DNA of 36,183 bases from a virus (lineage: Duplodnaviria; Heunggongvirae; Uroviricota; Caudoviricetes), in IMG/VR virus record IMGVR_UViG_2551306525_000009; one strand, 5' to 3'. The translations under genes were made by a program, and so were the position numbers. Below are positions 27,597-35,193 of the stretch, piece after piece (the stretch's first letter is position 1; each line of letters opens with the position of its first letter). Under the pieces are notes generated by a model. It was not told the origin of the DNA. It made no database searches and saw only the letters and a program-made list of their open reading frames with translations.

Positions 27597-27627
27597 GGGA
27601 TTCTGAAATCCCGTTTTTGCCTGTTTT
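27597..27627. repeat. repeat unit 1: GGGATTctgaAATCCCGTTTTTGCCTGTTTT (internal 6-bp palindrome), between parM start and A stop
   Basis: read directly; second near-identical copy 74 bp away. Confidence 0.6.
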
Positions 27628-30463
27628 ATGCGCGCTTCATATATCGCGGCGCGTTTTTTTGCTCATTTATGGGATTTGTGAATCCCGTTTCTGTCTGTTT
27701 TTTGTTTCCACTGGTCAGGCCACCCCGCAGCAGGTCTGCTTTGCGGCGGGCGCGTTCAGTGGTTTCACTGATTCTCTGTGCGTGCTCTGCGTCGCGGATG
27801 GCGCGCAGCATGTCAGAAAGCACGGTAACGGGTGTTTTCATGGTGTTCTGGTCCTGCTGAAGTGTGGATGCCAGGCGTGCGGCGGCTTCAGGGTCTGATG
27901 CCCCCAGCTGTGCCAGATAGCTGGCGACCGGGTTATGGCGGATCTCCGTGCTGCTTACATCGTGATTACGGCTCAGGCGCTGCCAGAGCTGCGTGATTCG
28001 GCTGTCCGGGCGGGTATCCGGTTTGCGTACAATTTCAAATCCCTGCGGTGCAATGATGCTGCCGTCAACGTACAGACTGCCGCCCCGTAACAGGTGCTGC
28101 ATCTGTTGTTCACCGATATGCAGGCCAAGGGATTCAGCAGACTCCCGCCATTCTTTAGCGAGTAATTCGTGGTTATCAGGCAAAGGCCGCTGCTGTTTGC
28201 GGCTCTGTGTCCAGCTCTGCATTTCATCACTGTTGTTTTTTGCCTGTTTGTCACGCAGCGAACGCATCAGCGCCCGGCGTTCGTGCCGTTTCAGTGAGTG
28301 CAGCCATTCGTTCACTTCAACACCGTCAGGGATCTGCGGCCACGGTGCTGGCCGTTCTTCCGGCTGTTCTGTCCCGTTGTTGTCCGTTTCCTGTACACGG
28401 GGACAGTTATTGCCACGAGTCCAAGGGGCGGCAGGGCCGCCCTGAAGGTCAAAACCATTTTCGCGGGCGCTGTCTTCCGCTTCCGGTTTACGTCTTACCA
28501 GCTTCCAGTTATCCGGATGCGTGCACACACGGGAGGATTCCCCGATGAGTGGTGACCAGATCCCGTAAATCTGTACGCTCTGTTCGCCGTAATCGTTCAG
28601 CTCATCGGCGAGGTCGTAGGCGGTGCGAATCAGGTAGTCCTTGCGTGGAACAAGTACGCCGCCCTGTTTCTCTATATAGGTGGCAAAACATCCGGCATCA
28701 GCGGCAGCGAGTACCGCATCCATTGCGTCATCCTTCAGCCGTTGCGGGCCTTCCGGGTTGCGTGCCATCTGGCTGGCAAGGCGGCGGAGTTCACGCCACA
28801 CCTGACGGGAGGGGATGCCAAAGAACTGGAACTGGCGGACCCGGTGAAGGCGCGCCCAGCCGATGGCGCGCTCCACGCTCTCGGCCATTGATTTTCCGGT
28901 TTCGTGGTCAACGCGTGGTTTGCCCGTTTTCGGGTCGATGCCATCCACGGCGCGGCTGTCCAGGTTCTTTCCGATGTAGGTGGCGATGTAGCTGGTTGGC
29001 GTGCCTTTTGAGCCGTCTACATACTCCGCCTTAAAGCGCGGAGTAATATCATCACCCAGCTCGTGACGATCTTCCTGAATGGCAATATCGCGGGTGTGGG
29101 ACACAATGGTGTCGATTTCTTCCGGATGGGCAAAGACCATCATATGCCAGTGTACGGTGCCGTCATGGTGAGGCTCCACCGTGCGGATGCCATACCAGCG
29201 CAGGCCGTCGCGGTTCAGTTTTTTGCGGACCGCCGCAAAAAACGTGTTAACCAGGTAGTCGCTGGAGTCGCGCATGGTGGCCCCGTTCCATTTGGGGTTC
29301 GGATGACCGTTCTCCGTTGTTGCGTGGTATTTTGACGGGCAGGTGACAGTCAGAAACACCGCTTTGTCACCACGGGCTTCGGCCAGAAGTTCCAGCCCCT
29401 TCATGGTGGCCATCATTTCTGCCTTACGGTGAACCGGGTTACTTACTCCCGCGTAATACACTGTCTCGAGATCAATCGTGAACCCGTCTTCGTTTTCCAG
29501 CATGAAACTTTTCAGGAAATCGCGTGTTTTCTCGCGCTGTGCGCGAAACTCGCTTAACGCGTCCTGGCTCAGATAAGGCGATGTTTTTCTGGAAACCAGA
29601 CAGGCGGCGCGGAGTTGTTCTTCTCTCCACTCGCAACGTAACAGCCACAGTTTGCGTTTCCACCAGTCCGCACAGGTCAGGCGAAGGATTGCGCCCGGCA
29701 GCAGTTCCGTATCCGGTTCGCTCTTGTTCAGGGCTTCGTAATGTGGCGGCATGATGTGCAGGCGTAATGCGATACGAGCCAGCATCCGGTAAGCCTTCAA
29801 CATTACATCCATGGTCAGCTCGCCATCTCTGGCACCAAAGCCATCGCAGAGTGTTTCGAAGGTGCTGCTGAACATCGCCGCGGTCATGGTGGCCAGCGTC
29901 TGTATCTGGTGCTTGTTGAGCTGCGGCAGGTAAAGCAAATCGTCCAGGCGTTCGCGCCCGGCAAGGGAGCGATAACCCGGTGTCAGCCAGCGTCCGTCAG
30001 TGCGATCCAGACGTTCGAATATTTTGCGCAGGGGTCCGCGTGCATAGCGTTCCGCCTGCCAGCTCTTTTTACCTTTCTGGCGATCGGCTTCCTGTTTTTT
30101 GCGCAGGAAAGAGAGGTGGCGGCTCAGTGGTTCACGCAGATAAACAGGTAGTGCCTTTAGTGTGGCAAAGGCACGGGCTACCGGGTCTTGTTCTGTTGCC
30201 CGGCGCTTACTGATGATGCTCTGTGCCAGCTTTTCACGCTGTCCGGCTTCCTCAAGGGATGCCATGAGTTTTTTACCCATGGCGGATTGTGCGAAAAAGG
30301 CTTCTTCCTTCGCTTCCTGTTCTTCCTGTGCCCTTTTGTCCGCCTCAAGGTAGTAACGGATGGCGCGTTGCAGGTCGGTTTCAGTTTCCTGCCTGCGCTC
30401 CGTAAATCTGGCCGGATCAATGGCTGGCCGTGGTTCATTCCAGCTCCATGCAAACTCGCTCAT
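27626..30463 (-). CDS. A: replication initiation protein A (rolling-circle initiator, P2 gpA family)
   Basis: TVTCPSKYH, VEPHHDGTVHWHMMVF and YIATYIGKN active-site blocks as in P2/186 gpA; start either ATG 30463 (ATGA-coupled) or GTG 30490. Confidence 0.85.
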   Translation of the reverse strand: MSEFAWSWNEPRPAIDPARFTERRQETETDLQRAIRYYLEADKRAQEEQEAKEEAFFAQSAMGKKLMASLEEAGQREKLAQSIISKRRATEQDPVARAFATLKALPVYLREPLSRHLSFLRKKQEADRQKGKKSWQAERYARGPLRKIFERLDRTDGRWLTPGYRSLAGRERLDDLLYLPQLNKHQIQTLATMTAAMFSSTFETLCDGFGARDGELTMDVMLKAYRMLARIALRLHIMPPHYEALNKSEPDTELLPGAILRLTCADWWKRKLWLLRCEWREEQLRAACLVSRKTSPYLSQDALSEFRAQREKTRDFLKSFMLENEDGFTIDLETVYYAGVSNPVHRKAEMMATMKGLELLAEARGDKAVFLTVTCPSKYHATTENGHPNPKWNGATMRDSSDYLVNTFFAAVRKKLNRDGLRWYGIRTVEPHHDGTVHWHMMVFAHPEEIDTIVSHTRDIAIQEDRHELGDDITPRFKAEYVDGSKGTPTSYIATYIGKNLDSRAVDGIDPKTGKPRVDHETGKSMAESVERAIGWARLHRVRQFQFFGIPSRQVWRELRRLASQMARNPEGPQRLKDDAMDAVLAAADAGCFATYIEKQGGVLVPRKDYLIRTAYDLADELNDYGEQSVQIYGIWSPLIGESSRVCTHPDNWKLVRRKPEAEDSARENGFDLQGGPAAPWTRGNNCPRVQETDNNGTEQPEERPAPWPQIPDGVEVNEWLHSLKRHERRALMRSLRDKQAKNNSDEMQSWTQSRKQQRPLPDNHELLAKEWRESAESLGLHIGEQQMQHLLRGGSLYVDGSIIAPQGFEIVRKPDTRPDSRITQLWQRLSRNHDVSSTEIRHNPVASYLAQLGASDPEAAARLASTLQQDQNTMKTPVTVLSDMLRAIRDAEHAQRISETTERARRKADLLRGGLTSGNKKQTETGFTNPINEQKNAPRYMKRA
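27671..27701. repeat. repeat unit 2: GGGATTtgtgAATCCCGTTTCTGTCTGTTTT, inside the 3' coding end of gene A
   Basis: read directly; candidate parC-like centromere/operator or part of the replication origin. Confidence 0.6.
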
Positions 30464-30849
30464 GGCTGGTATCCCGTCACGCGCTGCCACTCCTGCGAGA
30501 AGATGGCGGAAAGGCGGTTAAATTCAGCGGTGTATTCACTCAGCGAGGCACACCCGCCAGCAGTGCGATGCGCCAGCATTGCCGCGAATACGGAGGCCGG
30601 GGAGTCGTAATACGCCAGCAGTGATTCGCCGTGTGGTGTCAGGCAGTGCAACGCCAGCCCGTGTGGTGTGAAGTCCACGCGGTAGCAGTCGTCTACTGTG
30701 AAATAAAGGGTGTCCGCATTCTCCGGTTTTGTAGTGCGTGCTCTGTTGTCACGACCACGGATGTAAAGATCAAATAATCCCTGAAGAACGGGAGCCAGAC
30801 GGGTGTCCTGTGTGCGCACCCATCTTGTGAAGTCATGAGCGTCAATCAT
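30460..30849 (-). CDS. hypothetical protein, 129 aa, stop overlapping A start
   Basis: ORF translationally coupled to A. Confidence 0.5.
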   Translation of the reverse strand: MIDAHDFTRWVRTQDTRLAPVLQGLFDLYIRGRDNRARTTKPENADTLYFTVDDCYRVDFTPHGLALHCLTPHGESLLAYYDSPASVFAAMLAHRTAGGCASLSEYTAEFNRLSAIFSQEWQRVTGYQP

Positions 30850-30921
30850 GCTGCAATTCTCTTTACTACAGATGTGCGAAGGCCTCCCGCCGCAAGGTGC
30901 AGGAAAGGCCCGGAACAGGAA

Positions 30922-31152
30922 TTAATGGAGTTTGTTTTGCTGCTGGATGAGCTGCTGAAGCTCGCGCAGATCATCCGCCAGATAGCTGAAAACAGCGGAT
31001 GAATAGAGGTTTGAAAGTTCGCAGCTACGCTCATGCAGCATATTGATGTGCATGATTTTAGCGACGCGGAATGCGCGGGAAAGTCTGCGGTTGATTTCAG
31101 TCTGGATGTGACGACGCTCCGCGATAGCGCGGTGCTGTTTGCGGTTTGCCAT
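30922..31152 (-). CDS. hypothetical basic small protein, 76 aa
   Basis: ORF with possible GAGG RBS; Arg/Lys-rich N-terminus. Confidence 0.4.
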   Translation of the reverse strand: MANRKQHRAIAERRHIQTEINRRLSRAFRVAKIMHINMLHERSCELSNLYSSAVFSYLADDLRELQQLIQQQNKLH

Positions 31153-31162
31153 GGTGTGGCCT

Positions 31163-31366
31163 CGTGTATAGTAAGTTTTGAAAACTCACCATCCAGAGGT
31201 GGAAAACTCGGGGTGGTGAGACGTACAGGGTTTCCACAACCGGCTATACACGAACCCGGCCCGACCGAAGTCGGCCCCATACGCCCCACCATAATTCTGA
31301 CGCGAAAAAGACGTGGCGATACGGTACGCACAAAAAAACCGCTGGCGCGGTTGTGCGCGTGTATAG
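31163..31366 (-). ncRNA. candidate cis-regulatory RNA region: 9-mer CGTGTATAG at 31163 and 31358 with its complement CTATACACG at 31244
   Basis: three copies read directly, allowing mutually exclusive pairings; located in the 5' UTR of the 76-aa ORF within a 367-bp non-coding gap. Confidence 0.3.
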
Positions 31367-31491
31367 TCAGCGGGGTGGAAATCCCGGCACCCGTTTTATG
31401 AGGTGCAGCGGAAATGTAACCTGACTGATTGCGGCATGGCAAGCGGTTTTTTTGTGAGAACGGCATACTAAAAAATCCTGATGCTGCTCCG

Positions 31492-31516
31492 GCCAGCGGT
31501 TTCCACTGGCCGGGTT
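31492..31516 (-). terminator. hairpin 3 nt after the SPFH gene stop (CCGGCCAG-cggtttcca-CTGGCCGG)
   Basis: 8-bp GC-rich stem read directly; T-tract on the minus strand only further downstream, so terminator assignment is tentative. Confidence 0.4.
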
Positions 31517-31519
31517 TAA

Positions 31520-32350
31520 TTACTTCACCGGAACAAACGGAACAGCGGTATTACTGGTCATGTATTGCGGCAGCGTGCCGTTCCATTTGTTGATAGCTTC
31601 CAGCTCCATAACGCCGGGGTTCTGGCGCAGAGCTTCACCGCGCAAACGAATGGCGTCGGCTTCAGCCTGGGCTTTTGTGCGAATGGCATCAGCCTGTCCG
31701 GCTGCTTCTGCGCGTAGCATGTTGGCTTCTGCTTCGCGCTGCTTGACTTCCTGTTCGCGTTGCAGAGTTTTCTGGTTTGCCGTGACTTTGGCATTAATGC
31801 TGTCGATAACGGTTGGTGGGTATTCCGGTTTACCGACATAAGAGAGGCTCATTACCTGAATGCCGATAGGTGTCATTTCTGCCTGAATGTCTTTAAGTGC
31901 TGAATCCAGCAGTTCAGACTTGCCACCGTCGATAAATTTATCGGTGGTCATTTTACTGGCCAGTCGGTTGAGTGCGTCGGCGATCTTCTGGCGCAGGTCA
32001 GTGTCGGTAATGTCATCCACGCCTTTGCGGTAGGTCTGAAACACTGTAGTAACTTTGGATGGATCAACCTTGTAGGCCACACCGATGTGATAGCCGATGG
32101 TTGTGCCGTCACTCATCTGAAAGCTGAACGGCTCATCGTAGGTCTTCATTTGTTTGAAGGTTGGGAAGATGTAAACCTCTGTATTCCAGCCTGTCCAGTA
32201 GCGGCCAACGCCAACCACTTCACCGACGCCTTTGTCGTCGCCCAGTTTGTTGACTTTGATGCCCACATTACCTGGCTCAACGCGATCGCAACCAACCAGC
32301 AGGATGGCAGCAAAAAGCGGGAGAATCTGAAAGAGTTTGAATCTCTTCAT
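31520..32350 (-). CDS. SPFH/band-7 (stomatin/HflK/C-like) lipoprotein
   Basis: lipobox LLVGC after signal peptide; SPFH-like core then Ala/Glu/Arg-rich coiled-coil tail (EADAIRLRGEALRQNPGVMELEAINKW), assigned by sequence character. Confidence 0.65.
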   Translation of the reverse strand: MKRFKLFQILPLFAAILLVGCDRVEPGNVGIKVNKLGDDKGVGEVVGVGRYWTGWNTEVYIFPTFKQMKTYDEPFSFQMSDGTTIGYHIGVAYKVDPSKVTTVFQTYRKGVDDITDTDLRQKIADALNRLASKMTTDKFIDGGKSELLDSALKDIQAEMTPIGIQVMSLSYVGKPEYPPTVIDSINAKVTANQKTLQREQEVKQREAEANMLRAEAAGQADAIRTKAQAEADAIRLRGEALRQNPGVMELEAINKWNGTLPQYMTSNTAVPFVPVK

Positions 32351-32550
32351 TGTTTGATTTCCTTGATGTACTTACTGAAAAGGCGAACAACGCCTGCCGG
32401 GTACAGCATGGCAATGAAAATGCCCAGCAATACCAGGAAGGAGCTGTCTGATGAAATCATTCGGGGGAGTAGTCCTGCATACAGAATGAGAGAAACGAGG
32501 ACGCATACCAGCGCCCACATGTATGCGCGAAACCAGGTCTTTTTGTTCAT
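32347..32550 (-). CDS. small two-TM membrane protein, translationally coupled to the SPFH gene
   Basis: 67 aa, two hydrophobic helices; stop overlaps SPFH start (ATGA). Confidence 0.55.
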   Translation of the reverse strand: MNKKTWFRAYMWALVCVLVSLILYAGLLPRMISSDSSFLVLLGIFIAMLYPAGVVRLFSKYIKEIKQ

Positions 32551-32561
32551 ATCGCGGTCCT

Positions 32562-32861
32562 TTACTGGTTAAGGAAGAAATCAAAAACCTTGTCGATGCG
32601 TTGCAGTAGCTCTCGTTGCATTGCTTCCGGCGTTTCTGGTTCACCAGGCGAACCCAGTGGTGCGCAGAAATCAGCGATTTCATGATGAAGCGCCAGGCGA
32701 ATGGCTGGAGACATGGTTCTGGCGTGCTCCAGCTCATCCAGCAGTGCCAGCACGGCAGACGGCGAGAGCATTGCGCGAAACGCCAGTAATTTTTGATGCG
32801 TTGCCATTCGTTGCAGGTCAATCGCCAGTTCGCGTAATTCCTGGAGGTTGATGGCGTTCAT
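32562..32861 (-). CDS. hypothetical protein, 99 aa
   Basis: ORF; start overlaps upstream stop (ATGA). Confidence 0.5.
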   Translation of the reverse strand: MNAINLQELRELAIDLQRMATHQKLLAFRAMLSPSAVLALLDELEHARTMSPAIRLALHHEIADFCAPLGSPGEPETPEAMQRELLQRIDKVFDFFLNQ

Positions 32862-33103
32862 GCTCTGGCTTCCTTCAGTAGCTGGTTAAACATGTTGGTA
32901 AGTGGATTGCCGCACCCGAACGGCATCGGGTTTATCTGGTAAGAAAAGCGACCGCCTGTTTTGCGTTCTTTTCTTATGACTGAACCGCTGCGCCAGAGTC
33001 GGCGTAACTCCGCATTAATGGCTGTGGTTGGGGTATTCAGTGCTGCGGCGATTTCTCCACCACTACACCCCGGATTGGCGGCGATATAGTCCAGAATGGT
33101 CAT
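32858..33103 (-). CDS. small winged-helix-like DNA-binding protein, 81 aa
   Basis: MTILDYIAANPGCSGGEIAAALNTPTTAINAELRRLWRSG resembles a MarR/ArsR-type recognition helix arrangement. Confidence 0.5.
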   Translation of the reverse strand: MTILDYIAANPGCSGGEIAAALNTPTTAINAELRRLWRSGSVIRKERKTGGRFSYQINPMPFGCGNPLTNMFNQLLKEARA

Positions 33104-33303
33104 CTGCGTGACTCCTGTACCTGTCGGATAAGGTTCACCCGCACCACATTCGTGGCGCAGAAGTAAGTGCCGTCAGTGAGATAGATGTGATGTGCATCCT
33201 TTTCTGAACGGTGTTTGTCGATTGTGGTAATCAGGCGTTCATCGACTTCGTATTCACGTCCTCTGGAGGTAAAACGAACGACAGGAAAATGCTTAATTGC
33301 CAT
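33100..33303 (-). CDS. hypothetical protein, 67 aa
   Basis: ORF coupled to downstream gene (ATGA). Confidence 0.45.
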   Translation of the reverse strand: MAIKHFPVVRFTSRGREYEVDERLITTIDKHRSEKDAHHIYLTDGTYFCATNVVRVNLIRQVQESRR

Positions 33304-33410
33304 TACGCCTCCTTGGCGTGTGCGAATACCTCCGCGAATGCGGATTGTTTTTACATTTTCTTATTTAACCTGTGGTTTTATTTGCTCTGTTATTCGCCAG
33401 TGAAAAAGCG

Positions 33411-33503
33411 TTCAATCTTTTTTACTGAATGAATAATTCGCATAATCCCAATGGCGCAGGCCACCGAAATAATCAGAACAAGCCATGAGATAAATATACT
33501 CAT
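33411..33503 (-). CDS. putative 30-aa hydrophobic micro-ORF (MSIFISWLVLIISVACAIGIMRIIHSVKKD)
   Basis: ATG overlaps the stop of the 80-aa gene (ATGA); single TM helix; identified manually. Confidence 0.3.
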
Positions 33504-33742
33504 GCGATATTCCCCAGCTTATACGGTTCAATATGTTCCCCGCATTCTGCGGCACAGATCAGCTCGGAAAGTTCGTTAAGTGCATCCAGATCATCAGCGT
33601 AAAAAGCGACGTCATACAAACTCCGGATTGCCCTGGTCAATGAGTCACGGGCTGCACGTTCAGCATGAGCGCCTGATGCACTTAAGCGAAAATAAAATCG
33701 TTCAAGTGCTTTGTTAATGAGAGTTTTATATTCTTTGCCCAT
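33500..33742 (-). CDS. hypothetical protein, 80 aa
   Basis: ORF in early operon. Confidence 0.45.
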   Translation of the reverse strand: MGKEYKTLINKALERFYFRLSASGAHAERAARDSLTRAIRSLYDVAFYADDLDALNELSELICAAECGEHIEPYKLGNIA

Positions 33743-33753
33743 CGCAACGCCCT

Positions 33754-34032
33754 TTAATCTGCTTTCTGAATTTCAGCTTCTGAATCCATACAAATAATTT
33801 CGATATATGGTTCATCGCCATTAACCTGACGTGCCTTTTCAGCTTCGCTAATGATTTCTCGCACGGTCTGGTACGGAAGCTCCACAGTCAGGCGCGTACC
33901 GTTCAGATAAACGTAAGTAGCTGCGTTTTTTTCGGATGGAACAACTCCGTCAATGGCTGATGCGCGTAATAACAGTTCACCGCGAAAATCAATAAAACGG
34001 ATAAATACACCTTGTGCATGCTCTTTGGTCAT
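33754..34032 (-). CDS. hypothetical protein, ~92 aa
   Basis: ORF; start at internal ATG (ORF track 34092). Confidence 0.45.
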   Translation of the reverse strand: MTKEHAQGVFIRFIDFRGELLLRASAIDGVVPSEKNAATYVYLNGTRLTVELPYQTVREIISEAEKARQVNGDEPYIEIICMDSEAEIQKAD

Positions 34033-34042
34033 AAAGCACCTG

Positions 34043-34384
34043 TTATAAATCAGCCTGTTTAATAAAACTTTGCCCACGAAGCAGACGATCAACCGTGCGA
34101 AGTGCTTCGTATAATGTGAAATCCTGCCCGAATTGATTGTCGCCGCAGCTCAATGCAAAAATGCGGTTTCCGGTAAACGGATTGCGTGGGCATTTGTGGA
34201 CCACGATTCCAGCTTTCTCAATCAGCCAGGCATGCTCGCCGATTTGTTTTACTGGGTAGCCATCCGGCGTTGCGTGTGTATCACTCAGGCTGTAGCGGAT
34301 GTTGCTGCGTGATGCACTGGTAGCGAAACGGTTAGCGTGGCGTTCAGCACCATTACGAAAGCGTGAATTACGTTGCTGTTTCAT
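34043..34384 (-). CDS. hypothetical protein, 113 aa
   Basis: ORF immediately downstream of cox. Confidence 0.45.
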   Translation of the reverse strand: MKQQRNSRFRNGAERHANRFATSASRSNIRYSLSDTHATPDGYPVKQIGEHAWLIEKAGIVVHKCPRNPFTGNRIFALSCGDNQFGQDFTLYEALRTVDRLLRGQSFIKQADL

Positions 34385-34402
34385 ATCAAAACTCCCTGCA
34401 TC

Positions 34403-34729
34403 TCATGCAGCAAAATTAAGAAAGCCTAATCCCAAATCTTCCGCCAGCTTCTTGGCTTTCTTAAGCCAGTGATTGCGCCAATCTTTACGCTCAGGAGGAA
34501 GCTGTTTCGTTGCGTCATAGACCATTTCGAGCCACTCATTCCAAAGGATGAGAAGACGGCGCGAACTCCCTTCCTCGCCTAAAACCTCGCGCTCAGTAGT
34601 TAGAGGGATGAGTTGACGCTCTACCAACTTTCTTACGGCTGATTCGGTCTTACCTGTGCGGCGGGAAAACTCATCGACGGTGATGGGGTCTGGGATCTTA
34701 AACAATGCCCTCAATAGTTCTTCATTCAT
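34403..34729 (-). CDS. cox: Cox-like excisionase / early repressor
   Basis: TVDEFSRRTGKTESAVRKLVERQLIPL parallels the P2 Cox HTH (from memory); divergent from C; GGGAG RBS. Confidence 0.7.
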   Translation of the reverse strand: MNEELLRALFKIPDPITVDEFSRRTGKTESAVRKLVERQLIPLTTEREVLGEEGSSRRLLILWNEWLEMVYDATKQLPPERKDWRNHWLKKAKKLAEDLGLGFLNFAA

Positions 34730-34824
34730 GTGATAATCTCCCTGTTTGGGGTATTTCTTGCGACGGATGCCCCAAATCAAACTCATTTGTATAAACATTA
34801 ATACAGACGTTGGAGAATTGCAAC
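34730..34824. promoter_or_regulatory. divergent early/repressor promoter-operator region (Pe/Pc) between cox and C
   Basis: 95-bp AT-rich intergenic region between divergent regulators; contains imperfect inverted repeat TTGGGGTAT...ATGCCCCAA. Confidence 0.5.
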
Positions 34825-35127
34825 ATGCGTATGACTATTGGAGAGCGCATAAAAATCATGCGTGAAAGCGAGAGACTTACTAGCCTCCCGGATACAGCAA
34901 AAATGCTTGGTTTAAACCGTGATGCTCTGTGGAGATATGAAAGCGGTAAAACTATCCCTAATGCTGAAGTAATTGAGCAAATACTAAACAACCCCAGATT
35001 TGAGAAATATGCGTTGTGGTTTATGACTGGAAAAATTGCGCCTGAATCCGGGCAGATAGCTCCGGCTCTCGCACACTATGGGCAAGAACCAACGGATTTA
35101 CCCCCATCCGAAAGGAAAATTGGTTAA
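34825..35127 (+). CDS. C: immunity repressor C
   Basis: WFMTGKIAPESGQIAPALAHYGQ near-identical to the P2 C C-terminal region (from memory); GGAG RBS. Confidence 0.85.
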   Translation: MRMTIGERIKIMRESERLTSLPDTAKMLGLNRDALWRYESGKTIPNAEVIEQILNNPRFEKYALWFMTGKIAPESGQIAPALAHYGQEPTDLPPSERKIG

Positions 35128-35193
35128 CCCTTTATTATTCTTACATTTTACAAACTGGAAATGTCTTTCCTCGTTTCACCGGAGGGCTTGCCA

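Noticed and set aside
27993-29335. Several plus-strand ORFs (150, 113, 161, 90 aa) opposite gene A
   Set aside because: Antisense to the conserved replication initiator; Cys/Arg-rich low-complexity translations.
31153-31519. Retron-like msr/msd interpretation of the inverted 9-mers
   Set aside because: No reverse transcriptase gene anywhere in the window; the repeats are better explained as a cis-regulatory element.
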